This document shows positions 28,701 to 43,700 of a stretch of DNA of 64,000 nt, one piece after another. The position numbers were made by a program, and so were the translations under genes. A model generated the notes under the pieces. It did no database searches and was not told the DNA's origin. It saw only the letters and a program-made list of their open reading frames with translations. The stretch spans positions 248,001 through 312,000 of the forward strand of contig CDROCS010003139.1 in the NCBI GenBank assembly GCA_977020255.1, read 5' to 3'. This DNA comes from Obrimoposthia wandeli (Eukaryota). Position 1 is the stretch's first letter. The number at the start of each line of letters is the position of its first letter.

Positions 28701-31700
28701 TAAAGTCGGAGCAAACAAATAACCTAGATCATCTCTAAAAGCCAGACTGGGATCAGTTTCAAGTTGGAAAGATTTTTCTTTATATACATAATCAGGTATG
28801 TAAAATCCCAAAATATTTTTGATTTGATCCATATCAAAAGTCGTTAATATTTCAATTAAATATATATTTTCGACTTTTGATGTTTTCACAGGATTCATAA
28901 CTCGTATAATTTGATGTCTCTTTAATATATTAATATATTATTCCTTTTAAAATTCTTTCGGGATAATAAAAATTTCTTACATGTCAGAAGAGAATCCATT
29001 CTAAAATAAAGAAACTGATTTAAAAACAATGTTTATAAAAAATACATATAAGATACACATATAATGAAATAAACATAAATAAAACTGATTACAATTTATT
29101 AAAAGCAAAATGAAAGAAAAAGAAATAGTTAAAACATAGGGATATGAGCACGTTTAATTCTCCAAATATGTAGCTTTGTTCCAATTTCTTATAACCATAA
29201 AACCAGATTGATACAGTCCATTGCTTCTTTTTCGGAAACGCATCAACATCTATTTCTCTTCCATAGTAATCTAAAAATGCGGCATCAGCTCCTCGGATAA
29301 AAAATTCGTTCTTATTGAATGTAAAACTTGGAACTGTCATTTCAACTTTCTGTTTAAGATATTGAAAATCTGAATTTTGAATATGTGATAGATAATAGCT
29401 AAATTTAATTTTTCAATTGTCACAGGATTTACTAAAGCAATCAGTTTAGCCTTCTTCAAGAACCTGACTTTGTATTTGAAAAATTGTTTCACTTCTTCAT
29501 ACATATTCTTATCCGAATCTTCAAACATTTCTAAATCTTCATCATCGCTTAATATCCCTTGGCTATCGTCTATCATTGATAATTGTCTTTGATATGAATG
29601 CATTTATTATGATTTTTCCTCCAATGGCACATTCTTTTATACTAATTTGTACATGAATCTCATTGGTTAATATAACTAAACCATTGAATTGGATTGGAAT
29701 AAATCCATATTAAAAATCAAAATTGATTGGAGGACATATATCATCCAATTATAATAGATTTGCAAGATATTTACACTAAAAGTGGAATAAAATGGCATGT
29801 TCAGACATATATAAAGAAGAATTTGCAGAAAACAATTTTAGTCTATTGAAACTCGAAAATATAAATTATAAAGGAAGAATAGAAGATGATATTTTGCACT
29901 TACCATTCAATGATTAGAAGCCGAGACTATATGTGAGAAAGTTTAATGATTTCACAGTTGTTATTTTCCGTTCAGGTTAGTTTTTATTTTATTTTCATAT
30001 TGAATTTTTTAGGAAGTTGTCGTGTTATGGGATGCGAAACACCGTTGAATCAAATCAATTTACTATTTGAAATTCAAATCAGTGCCATCTAATCAATCAC
30101 AGTTACAAAGCAGCAGTATTAGAAATATTTAATAGTACTTTAAGAGACCGAATAGAAAAGTATTTTACAAAAGAAGGAAATAAAAAGTGGATCCAAGTTT
30201 TGCCTAAAATAATACATGCATATATCTACTCTGAACATATAAGTCTCAAGGGAATGAGACCTGTTGATGTTAAAGATAAAAACGCTATCGATATTTGGAT
30301 AAACAGGAATAAAAAAGAAAATGTTAAAAAGGCGAAATATAAGCAAAACGAATATGTTTAAATTTTTAAAATTAGCTCTACTCCATTTTATAAAACATTT
30401 GATCAAAATTGAAACGATGAAATATTTTGTATAAGTAAAATTAATCAAAAAAGTAATACAATAATGTATACTAATAAAGATGCTGACAATAATATCATTC
30501 AGGGTAACTTTTAATAACCAGAACTACAAGTAATATCAAATAAACCTAGCGTTTTCCGTATTCAAAAAATATTAAAATCTAAGGGTACAGGTAAACATAA
30601 ACAATACTATGTTAAATGGCATGGTTATTCAGACCCAACTTGGATATCAGCATCTAATATAATATGAAATCTTTGCATATGGTTTTACCTAGTAACAGAT
30701 ACCCGAAGACTCAGTCGGATAATGATGCTAGTAGCTTTATTACTGATTAGGAAAATCCTATAAATCTCCAAGGATATGGAAAGCAGCTTTAACAGAATTT
30801 CCTTTTTATTATTCTCTAATTACTATCAGAAAAAACTCACATATCTCGTTTACAAAATAAATGAAGTATGATGAAGCAAATAATGTTGTGATTGGGTTTG
30901 ATAGTAAAGGAAAATTCTATTTCAATTGTATAGATAAAGAAGTGAAATTATTATATGAAAATAACAAAGTCATATTTAAAAATCAATTAGAATTTATTTA
31001 ATTTACATTTGAATCTAAACAAGAAACCGTTCAATTCAGACTGCGAGTTCCACTTCTGAGAACAAAATAAAAATCTAAAAGTAAAACTAAATTTAGGGAA
31101 GTTATCGGTTTTCGTATAGATCAACTGATGTATCTTCCAGTTGCTCTCTTATGTATAAACAATATCGAAGTAAATATTAGAGATGATTCTGGACAATTAA
31201 TAGATTTCACATACAAAGCCTAGACAAGTTTAATAATACATTTAAGAAAACGAAATGGCGAATCTATCAATAATTGAAGCTTATAGTCAAAGCCAAAAAG
31301 ACGGAAAATTACCATATTTTGTCGATAAATAATATGGATCCGGCTGGCTTAGAACATTAGGTAGACTTGCCTTTCCTCTTTTGAAGAAACTCGGTCGATT
31401 TATATCAAAATTAGGAAAGAACTACCTTTCATCTAAGGATAATAAATTAATACCAACTTTTAAGAAGCATGTACTTAATGAACTTGATAATGTTTTACCC
31501 GACGTTGCTAATTTAATTAGAAAAGGTAAATCAAGTAAACACCAAGAAGGTAGAGGATTTAAATGTAAAAGAAGCAAAACTTAATATAAACAAACGTAAG
31601 AAAGTTGAAAGAACAATATTTGAAAAATGAGTTGCGCCAAAACTGAATTATGTATTTTTGATAAACCTCTTCTGCACGTAGTTGTAGATAATGTTTCCTT

Positions 31701-34700
31701 TGAAGAAAGATTTCTAGTTAACTCAGTTTCAGGAACCACCTTAACTGATTTATAATTTAATATTAATGGTTTCAATATTAATTATTTAGATTTGAATGAT
31801 ACTTTGCTATATGTTCAAATAAAAGTAACAAATCGAGTTGGTACTAATTTAGCGGAAAATACTGATGTAATACCTGTTAATTACTTCTTTAATTCTTTAT
31901 TTAGTGATGCTATTTTACTCTTAATAATGTTAAAATTGAAGGTGGAAATTCTTCCTATGCTTATAAAGCTTTGATTGAAAGTCTATTGAATTATAGTACT
32001 GATACTCAAAATACTAATTTGGCAACCATTGGTTTTGATAAAACGGTAGCAACTCGTAAATAATAGATTGCAGAGTCTAAATCATACGAAATGTGTAGGT
32101 CTATGAGACTAAAAGTCTTTGAATATACTAAACATTTAATTTCCTGTGTTAATGTACATATTCGTTTGAAACGCAATAAATGTAATTTTTCTTTGATAAA
32201 CACATACGTTCTAAAACCTAGACTTGATATTTTGGATGCGAAACTATATATCCAAAGAGTTAGAACTGAGCAATCTGTTTAAATGGTACATAATATAGAA
32301 ATGGGGAAAATACAATGCTTGTTATCCTATTAGAGAAACTAAACTTATAGCATACTCTTTTGGTACGGGTACGCAGGCTTTTAATAAGGATAAAACTCTT
32401 AATGATGTAAGATTGTCAAAAATTGTTTTAATTTCATTTCAAAAAACTGCAAAGTTTCTAAGAAATAATACGACAGATGTAACTCAATTTGACAATCTTT
32501 ATGTGGATTTAGGGACCCTTTCAAGAAATAGCAATTATTGTGAAACCTATAAAAAGATTTCGAAGGTAACGCTTATGCTTTGGCTTATACGCAATCTCTT
32601 ATTCGAAATTTGGGTCAACTAGATAAAAATATAAACAATGGTATTTTTCACTGAGTTTTAAAGCAGCTCTTCACATTTGTTTTGGAGCCAGACTTTGATA
32701 TAAACCAATGCCAACTACCTAAACATTGAAATTTACGACTAGAAATTAAGTTTAATGCCGCTTTAACAAATTCTTCTACAGTACTTATTTACAAAGTATT
32801 TGATTCGGAAATACAAATAAAAAAGTAGAACTGTCATATTATAGAATTAAGTAAAACTCTTTTTAATTAATATTTATTAATTTTAACTTAGTTCGGTGCA
32901 AGTACAAGAATCAGCAGAGAAGGTAATGGGTGATAAATTCAATGGAGTTTATCCTATTGATATGATTCCATTTTTCAACCTGGAAGTTACATTATCAATA
33001 CTCATACTTCCAATTTACCAAGAGAACATTGGATAGCTATTTATGTTAAAGAGTGGACAATACATGTATTCGATCCACTTGCAACATATTATCCACATAA
33101 GCTTGTTTCAACTGTTCCAAAAGGACGAAGAAGAGTATTTACTACAAAATACAAAACCAGGATCCAGCAACGAGAAACTGTGGATGTTTATGTATTTTAT
33201 GGTTATCGTTGCAAAACGGTTAATGTGTTATAATAATAAATATTAAAAAATGTTTTATTTTGAATTATTTTTAAAAACCCTACAAGATTAAAATACAAGG
33301 GCAAACTATGAATAATAATAAAAGACTCAAGACAAATTTTTTTATATACATTTATTCAGCTAAAATATCACAAGAAGATCTGTCAGCAAAGATAAGGTCA
33401 ACCTAAAAAAGTATCGAAATTACAAAAATTAAGAGTCAAGGTGTCATAGGGATCTAAAATTTTAAAAAACTAAACAAAAAAATAAAATTAGGAAAACCGT
33501 TTAAATTTGAAAGTATACAAAAGGTAAACTAGCTTTCTTTTCTACCCAAAAGCGCTTGTCGTCATTACTACTCAAAGCGATTTTTGTTGACTTATGAGAA
33601 TACAGTTGATGGGCTCTTGAAATAAATCTAGTTTTCTCAACGCCTTCAATACACCTATTATCAAAAACCTTTTCTCTTATTGAACATGTATTATTATATG
33701 CATGTAAACTGTAGCATTTAAGACGTGGGAAAATACAATCATCATATGAAATCTGACCCTCACTTTCATACTTAAATTTCTTGATAATATCCTTAAAACT
33801 CATAGTGTAGAGGATGATTAATGGGATATTTATGGGTATCAAAAATGTTATCCCTAACATTGCCTGTATTTATTGATTTTGCAAACTTACATTCCTACAT
33901 TCTAAAGCGCGATTTTAATCTCACAATTGAATTCGTGACAATATTTCTCTAATTCAATATATTGAAGCTCATACATTCAGATTTTGGAAATGTCTAAAAC
34001 CGTTTGACCTATATAACTCGGTCGATCGAGACAAATACTCTGTTTTCCTAATAACACTGCTACCAAGTCATCTGCAATTGTAAAACTACCCTTGAAGTTG
34101 AACTTGCTAGTATATGTTATTTGTTTACGCTCGTCATTGCAAAACCGTAGATAAATGCGTTTCCGCAAGTCCAGTACCTTTTCCAGAGACTATTACTTTT
34201 TAACTTGTAAAATCCCGATCGAATTTGCTAGTGGCCAAATTACGTTTTCTTGAATTCTTTTCAATATAGTCTTTAAACACAAAGTTTTGATTAAGCTTAT
34301 AGCGCGATGAGTTCGAATGACATTTGTTCCTAACTTTATATAGAATTGAAGAGGCAGCCAATGCACCACATAATTCAACCTGTCTTCATGGGTTAACAAT
34401 AATTTCTTAACCTTTGAATTAGGTGGGCATTGATGAACAGGTGCTACTGGGAGTTCATCTAATTTATCATGCAAATTGGGATGAATTGTTAAATTGACCT
34501 CAACTAAATAGCCAACATTTGATACAACTGTATCAACAGTAGGGGAAATCTGTCATCAACTATTCAACTACTCCACATCATACACCCACTTAAAGGTGGC
34601 ATGTGGTAGAGGTTGAGTAAGCGCCCACCCATACGAATTATTAATGTCAATATATATAATCTCTGTGGATTGATTTTTGACAACATGATCTTTGTTGACA

Positions 34701-37700
34701 AAAGTCATTTCTCCGCGTATACCATAATCATACATTTTATACATTACATTACAGTGACTCGACATTAATATTAAGATTTTTATTGCCATCACCCATGAAA
34801 ACCTGGTAAACTAAAAAAATGCATGCAATATAGCTAATCTTCTGCTAAAGATTTTACACAAAAGGACTCAAACCCATCAGCTATAATAAAGCAAATACTC
34901 TAGAATACTTACATCCTCGAATTCAGTTATGGACGGGATTTCAGTTGTATTTTGTAAATCTGCGAAGGTTTTCACAAATTTATAAGGAAAGATCCCTTAT
35001 TATTAACCGAAGCTGGGAAACTGAGCCCGATGTTCGTTTAAGAAGACTGGAAACTCCTTGTCCTCCATAGTTCTGCAGAACGGACAGATGAAATACACCT
35101 GCCACTAAGACTTTGCTCGATAGTATGCGAACATTGTCGTATTGCAGGATTCTCTTCCATGTCAAGCTGAAGCAGCACAATACACGGAAAACAGGTTATA
35201 TGTAATCTCAAATAATAAATATTAATAAAGAATAAAAAAAATCTTACCATATTCATTATTTCAAAAGATTGGGGATTGAAATGAAAAAAGTGAGAGCTTA
35301 TATAGTAAATTTTATGCTCACATTTTCTTATCTTATTGGATGAAAATAATAATTTTTATTGAATTTATTCCTCCAATTAGAACGATTGTTTATCTGTATG
35401 TCAGTTATTATGTTATTTGTTGAAAATATAAATTTTTATATATTTGATTTCTTCAATTTGAAGTATTGTTTATCTGTATGTCAAGTAATAGTAAGATAGA
35501 CTTATACACTTTTTATATGCACAATGTTTCCCATGATAGCGATATGAACAACAAATATTTCGTTGAATTTTTAATAGATGATCACGTGCAATATTTAATG
35601 TATTCAATCTCAATTTTGGAAAATATTTTTAATGTCTTATACTTTTTGCCATCCATTTCATCTAAAACATAAAAAATTCCGTTTTTAATATCAAAATTAG
35701 ATTTAATTGTATCGAAAATATCGAAATATTTGACTGTTTTATCAGCTTACCTTTCTTCCTTCGGGTTGTTTGAGTCTTGAGATGATGCCTTCTTGATTTT
35801 TACACCGTAGCTTGATGTTTCTTCACCGGTTGTATTGGAGTACTTTCTCCTAGCCACTCCTCTAATAGTTTCAGTGGTTCATGCATCAAAAATATTAATA
35901 AAATTTAAATATATAAGTAATTTACCTTAATAACAGGCAGGTTTGCCTATTTCATTAACTTCTTCCGGTTTTGACACGCTTTCTTCGGGGTTTCCTAACC
36001 ACCACTTGCTTCCTGTCCACATGTAGTTTGAGCGTTGCCCCTTCCAGTATGTTCTCCACCAGGTCGGCTTCCTATGTGAATAATTAAATATATTTTCTTA
36101 TTTAAAATAATTTACCTTAATATTAACTGGAGACTCGGTGTGATCCATTCGTCAATAAATGCCGTCAAATCCTTCTCCTTTGATGGTACCATATTACAGA
36201 AAAGCTCCTCGTCAGAGTCTGGTGCGAGGACTGTCTCCAGCTGAGGCAGAGGGATCAATTTCCAGGACGTTTGGTTGCAGCCTGGAAATTGTCGAAAAGA
36301 TTTGACGATCTCCTTACTGCTTCTGCCAAAGTTGATGGACGAACTGCTTCTGCATTCCACCGGGGAGTACAGTCTTCTTAATTCTCAATCGAATCCTGAC
36401 TAGTCAGGTCGATATATTGGGATCTCTGTACCCCACCTCTCGCCGCCATTGGTTCTTCTCTCGGAGTTGAGCTGGCCAGAGGTTCTTCTTCTATCAGCTC
36501 CGCTTTTGTAGCTACTTCTCCTTCTGCTTCTACTTATTTTTTGCTCACCACCTACGAGTCTTGACTAAGTAAGTCAATATACTGCGACGGTGGTGGCATT
36601 CGCTGCTGTACTGTAGAGAGATCCCCATACAGCTCAACCTTGATCTCTTATCCAAATCAACGTTGTTGAAAAAAAGCATTCTTGATTTGATTTTTGTTTT
36701 ATGACAAATAATGAAAAGAGGTCTTCTTATACACACAAACATTAGACTAACTCCTCTTTTATCGTCCAATGAGAGTGTGTTATTCAAATAATTTATTTGA
36801 AAATCCAGTATTTTTTAAAGTTTTTGATGACGATTGAATATATGTATATCAATTGGATAGAAAAAAATATTTTATTCAAAAAAATCGTAGTATTTTGCCC
36901 ACTGTGTGTAGTTGAAGGAGAAGAGATTATAAAGAAAAAAACTTGCATTTTTGAGTACATCTGGATATAAATATTTAGACAGAAATATTTTTCGCGACCC
37001 TGTATTTATATTGCTCGTCGGACCACTACGAGTCCGATGGGCACGCGTTGGCCCTTAGATGACATCTCAGGCACTTCCTCACCCTGTGGGAGCACTATGA
37101 GATTTTCAGTTTTAAGGGATCTTAAATGGGGTTAATTAGTCTTTTAGGGTGTTGGGCTGGGGGTAGCAAAAACAGTTATATATTACTTTATATAATTCAT
37201 CAAGTCATATATAGTAATTTAGGTGCAATGGGGGCAACTTGTCCTCGTTGCTCGCTCGATTACTCGCAATGTTGGATGTCGTGTCGTACGGCACCTTCAT
37301 GTCGAGCAGGACAAAGCTTCGTCGAGGTCGGTCAATGATTTGAAAATCCACGCGTAGATTCGTCGAATAGTACTGACATACAGAGTCAGTGATGATCTAG
37401 AACGAGTTGGCGCGTTGAAGATACTGGACCAGCAATCGGCGAAGCTCGTTGTGGCGCATAGTAGTTATCCCGCCATTGTGGGGACACCTGTTTAGTACAA
37501 GAAACTGTGTCTTCGTCTTCCAGGAGTAGTTCCGACATTGGTGCTGGTCCTCGGGTACTCCAGACCAACAATTGACTGGAAGTGTGGTCGTTCTTGCCCG
37601 ATGAATGAATGCCCACTCCTGATACGACAGCGAGCCGTCGAACATGATCTTGGAGATTTTGTCAAGCATGGTGCACTCATTCCTGCGTATGGTTGAGCGA

Positions 37701-40700
37701 TCCAGCGTTGGAGGTGAGCCTCCTCGACAAATTGATGAAGTAATTTGCAAACAAGCTTCTTCTGATCTGGCTTGATCAATTTCATTTCACTGTTAGACAT
37801 TGCAAGTTTCAGACATACTCCATGCTCATTCTTGATAAACATGCAGGTTATTTGCCGTTCTTTCTTCAGATAGTCGATGTAGTTTCTCACACGGCTCCAC
37901 CACGACTTGTACAGATCAAGACCGGTGCCTTCTTTCAGCCATCTGACGTAGTGCAGATTCGATTGAGAAAACGGTAACTTCAATTGCTTAGTAGACACGT
38001 CTTTCAGCTCTTGATGCGCAATGTAAGTTACATGCAGTTCGTGACCACCTTTGTTTCACACACACACATACACACACACTTAATAAGTGTATTTCAACAA
38101 AATGTCTTTATTATGAATATTTGCAAGTTTCATACAAGTTTAAGCAGTATGTGAGCACCTTGTGCATAGATATACTCTTGAATGCGATGGGTATCCGTTA
38201 GTGAAGACTGCATGTCAATACGACCTTTAGATAAACAGTTATATAAGTTTGAAAATATGTTACTTAAAAAGAATAACAAAGAATATGAATCGTTGATGAG
38301 TCATTGTATTTGTTCACTGAAAACAAAGGACATGAGTCATTGATGACTCATGTGATGACCCCATGGCAACCTTGACCTCATGAGGTCATGCATTCAACTT
38401 GACCTCATGGAGTCATGACCTCAACTTGACTTTAACTTGTCCTGGAGGGCTTTGTCCTGAAAGACACATATTCCCTACTAAATTAATAAATTTGTATAAT
38501 TTTAACGACGATAACGCACAAAACTAGTGAGCACAAAATAAGTGAAATCCAGTGAAGACGCTTGAAATTGATTATTTTAAATTCCATTTATTATTAAATT
38601 ATGTAACTAAATTTCATTTCACAATGTTAGATAAATTGTTAAATTACTTAACGGAATTACCTTATAAATTACCTTGTAGTTTCCCAATAAATCACCACGA
38701 ACCCGTCACGGTCGTATCCTTTATTAAACTAAATACTCAACCACACAACAAGAAGACATTCTTTGTGTAATAAACATATTTTTGATTTTCTTTCGATTCA
38801 CCTCACATTCAATTGTATAATAAATTGTTTTGAATTTATTACGACTTACATTGTGTTTCGGTACATACGTTTTATACAATGCCAATTAACCTTCAGATTT
38901 TGAGAACACACACGATGATAACACGCAAGTCCTATACCGTTAAGTACTTCCGAACTAGATACATCATACGAAGGTACACATATATCGCTGAAGTGAATTT
39001 AGAACGGCATTTGAGAATAAAAGAAAAGACAGCAGCACAATTTGCAGTCTGTAGAGATCTTTTCTGGCTACGTTCGTAAGAAAAGACGTATACGAGGCTG
39101 GCTTGGAAGCATAATTTGATAAAAGACAGGGTCCTAGGTATTAACGTCTGTAAATTATAGAATCAGAACTCTTCTAAAAGTTGTTCAATTACTGGCTATG
39201 GAGATCTTGATAAAAAATGTGAGAATCAGGCACCACACCCCCGGAAGTTCTGTTGAAGTCGAAGTCTCAAACGATAGTATCATCTCAAAATGGGAAGTGA
39301 ATAAACATAATCTGAAAAAGACAGCTTGCCGACACTATTTCAAAGGGATCTATTAACAACTGAATCCGTGAAATTGTCTCGCTTTGAATACATCTGCCAT
39401 TAAACATGTTTCTTCAAATTACATGATGAGATGCATGATTCAAGGGATTCAGAATAATTACTTGTTTGAAATTAAATTTTCACCATAGTAAGATAGTACT
39501 CTAAAATCTAATTTAAAAATCGTTAATACAACGATAAGTACATTTTATTTATTAATGTGCTTTTCATTGACAGACAATTTTATGTTTACCTGGAATAACT
39601 ATAAAATAATCAAACCTCATCCTTCCACTTTTTGTTTTTCTGGGACTTATCAAGCTCAAATTTCTTCACAAGATCGAGAATCTTGGTTTCATAGCAACGA
39701 AACTCGTTCTCCATGCTTCCTATTGTATCTTCCATTTTCTGCTCAAGCTGCTCGATTTGTGTATCCTTCATATAAATCACATGCTCCTTTTCCTGGATCA
39801 GCTTCTCTAGTTCGTAGAATTTGCTTGAGAATTGGTTCACCTGCTCACGGAAAATAAGACAGCGAGATTATATTGGAAACAGGAAAAGTCGACTAGAGTC
39901 AAACCTGTCTAATGCTAACACCTACAAACTGTGAATATTGGGTTAATGTGAACATCTTAAAATGTGAGGCAAACATTTTCTTATTAAATAACTCTCATTT
40001 ATTTTGTAAAGATTTTGTTAAGTGATTAAGCCTTATATTGTGTACATTGAATTTGTTATAATATCCGACTTTGTCAATATTTTCATCTATACATGCGAAA
40101 TGACTTTTTAAGCATTCCTACAATCAATTGTGTAATAACGAATTTTTACTTTTAACAGTGAATCTTACCTACAATTTCATTGAGCCTAGTATATGTGCAT
40201 GGGAAGGAGTTTAGGTACATGCTAAGAAGTGTAAGAACATGCATTAAATAACATAAGACGATTTATAGAAATCATTTGATGCATGTATGTGGTGTATAAA
40301 TCTTCCTGAGAGGATATTTGAGCATCTAATTACTCTATCAACAAGAATCAAATTACATAAGTGTTTGTGAAAGAAAAAAATACATGTTTTGTTTAATTTA
40401 TAATATTTATTGTCCGTTATTGATATAAGCCTATTTTAGCATCTTTTAAATAAATATTTGGCAAAATATATTTTTGAATAAAATATAGTAAAAACATTTA
40501 AAACAGATTAATTTTGGACAAACGTTTAAGAAGCCACCATAAGATGATCCTAAACATAAAAGTTCAAAAATAAATTTCACTAAATCAAGTAAAATTGTAA
40601 TAATTGTCTAATTGTGTCTTTGATTTATGACTAAATATGAGAAAACATCAAAATGACCTATCTAGTAAAAAGCGTAAAACACGTAGAAAATGTCAAATTA

Positions 40701-43700
40701 CTCTTTATGCTGGACTGGATTTAGACTTTCTTGGGTAATAAAATTTGAGGGTCCTTAGTAAGGAATGTTCAACTTTGTGTTTTTAAAATTCATAATGAAA
40801 AATTTCAACAAATTATTTTAATTTACTTCATCAATTTACTTCATCAGCAACTTTATGATAAATTTTCTTTTAATATACTCACTTTAACTAATACGTACAA
40901 AAATAAGAAAATTTCAAATTAGTTCAATTAAGCCACCTTAAATTTGAAAATAAACAAATCTGTTTAGTTCTTATTTCTTTGTTTTTATCAGAGCTACAAG
41001 ACTAAAGAATTCCTGAGACCTTATAGTCTTCGGTTCTGGGCAGCAGCCCATAGAATTAAAATGACTCACGATTAGCATATTTAGTATAGATATAGCGATA
41101 ATTATAATATCAAATTAAAACTGCAGTAAGTAATTGGCTTCAAAACTTCAGCGAAACAATGTCATTGGATATCCTACTAATGCGATGGTACACATCTCTG
41201 TCCTTTAACGATCAAAGCTATGCTAGGCGTGATCTAACCTTGGCCTGTGACTGCAGCTTCTGTAGACGCATTCTCTCCACCAGCTCTAAGACCACCATGT
41301 AGCTACCCTGTGCTGGCCCTCCGGATACCGCCTGATTTCGCATTTGAGCCGCACCTTCCAATCGCAGCAACTGTGCAGGTTAACCAGGACCGGATTAACA
41401 CTCATAGAGGCCTTAAGAAGTGATTTAAATAATTTTGTGCTCTCATATATGTAATTCAAATTATAAATAATAATAAACTATTAAATAAAAATTTTGGATT
41501 TTAGCAGAAATTGCTTTAAAGTTGGAATGTTTGCCTACATCCTCTGGTTCAAGCGAAAGAGTTTGGTCAGCAATGAAGAATGTTCATTCCGCAGAAAGAA
41601 ATAGACTCACTGATGAACGTGTTGAAAAATTAACATATTTATATCTTAATAAATCACATTGTTAAGTAGTTTTTTTTATTTTTAAATTAGTTATTTGTTC
41701 ATTATTGTTTTTGAATTATCACAAAAATTATTGTTAATTATTAAACTAATAGAAACGATCATTATTTATATTTTAATTTTTTACAGAATAATTTAATAAA
41801 AATTAGATTCTAAGGAAATTATGTAATATTTTTAAGTATATTGAAAAAAACGTTTTTATCGTTCAAAAAACCCGTAATTTTGCATCACTACATAAAATTT
41901 AATTTTTCAAAAAGAAACAAATCTAACAGTAAGATAATTTTTATTTATATTTGAAAAGTTTGGTCCTACATTTTTAAAGTACATAACATATTTGTTTCTA
42001 TGCTTCTATACACCAGCCTTCCTTGTTGCATAGTTGTTCTAGTATTTTTTTAAAATAAACTTTAACTTAGAAAATAAACGACCAGATGAGCAATTTGTGA
42101 CGATTAATGTAAAATATATACGAAAGCTATTGTCTACATTTGAAAAGACACAATCGACAATATCTTCTACAATTTCTTTATAACGTTCAACATGATTGAA
42201 TATTGTATTAAATATTTTTGTTTTACTGAACTTATGGCACACATGAATGAAACAGATGAAGATCTTAAGACAAATTAGTGTTCATGTCCCCTAGGTAAGC
42301 ATTAACTGACAATACTGAGAATATCTTTCCATTTGCTTAGACGATGAAGTCATTAAGGGGACATTATTTGGCACATTGCGTAGTAAAGATAATCCATTTA
42401 ATATTTAATTGTGTATCTCTACTCTTCTTCTAATCTCAGTTTCACGTTTGTCAACAATTATGTAAAATATCGTAACATGAAAGGTTTATCTAGCATTCAG
42501 ATATACTTCTGGTGCATCTCCGTCATTGGGTAGCTTTCTGATAAGTTGGCGAGTTTAAGCTGCCTTGTAATCAACATCTGATAGAATTTCTTTGTAGCTA
42601 CTTCATATCTTTCAAATTTATTTCGTGAAAGGTGTATTTGGTCAGATTTGCACATGCTCTAAAGCCCAGATTCTGCAGAAACTGGCTTACTATAGGAAAC
42701 TGTTGCAATATTTCATTGTAAAAATTCAATATAAAAACGAACTCTAGCTTTTGTATTTTATTTGCAAAATTATTCACCTCTGTTCTAGTGTCTCCCTTTT
42801 GTATCTTGTCTTCGGATAAACCGTCAAGCGTTACTAAAAAGAAAAAGATTTTAATGTGCTTCCCCTCTTGTACCAGAGAAGGATTTTAAGATTCTTTTAT
42901 TTCCAATACAACTTTTGAGAATTTTCTACCAGGGTTGAGGTTGATAAAAGGTATATAGCAACTGCGCTGTACTGAATAAATTAACTGCGTTTTGACAGCA
43001 GTCAGCAGCACTTCGGTTTACAAAATTTAGTGAATGAGCTGCACAAGGGATATATAGAAAACTTTCTTTCTATTTTTACTGCAATCCCTTATAATGGCTA
43101 GACATGTTAACAGTATTGTCGTATGACTGACCTCTACATTTTGAAACGTTTGTCTTCCAAACTTCATGTAAGTAGTGCAACACTCGATTTGTTATATCCT
43201 CACCGGTATGGCTTTTCATTGCGTCAAAAATAAAAAAAAATTTATGTAGGCTATCCATTTTTAAGTACAAAATATGTGCCCGATCTGATAGACTAAAATA
43301 ACCGAAATATAGCTCGTGGAAATATTGAGCTATCAGTTAATGAGTTCCACAGTTGGTTTTTGATATGTAAGAAAATTTCCTTTGCCATAATTTCGATTTT
43401 ACAAAAATGACCTGCTACAAAGGAATCAAATTGACTTATGTGCTCAAGTAACCATAAAAATTATATTTTGCAATGATCGAAATCTTTCTTATGTTGCTCG
43501 AAAAGCCAAGCCACGTTCAGTTAACGTACGAATAACAGCTACGACACATCTCAAGATATGTTCCCAGTAATTATACTCTCCTTGAATTGTTTTTCCAACT
43601 GTGGCCTCAATTTTACACCTTGTCTGCGAGTTCAGTATGTTAGTATAGAGTCTCGGTGAGTAGTGTTTTTATGCTGATCAATTAAAGGTATTTTGTCAGT

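Larger units (their letters stand above)
27042..37200. mobile_element. Polinton/Maverick (adintovirus-like) element, copy B, decayed
   Basis: Order: Ala/Thr-rich ORF(-), hexon paralog(-), gene X(-), TBP-like(+), integrase(+), penton(+), small basic protein(+), hexon(+), adenain(+), pPolB(-), intron-containing ORF(-); 37121-37170 matches the subterminal sequence of copy C (57330-57380, inverted). Confidence 0.88.

Noticed and set aside
34880-34911. 32-nt gtaagt..tatag segment inside pPolB that looks like an intron
   Set aside because: Splicing it gives a stop within nine codons and does not restore the ADGFE frame; about 50 conserved residues are missing here, so it is more likely a deletion junction
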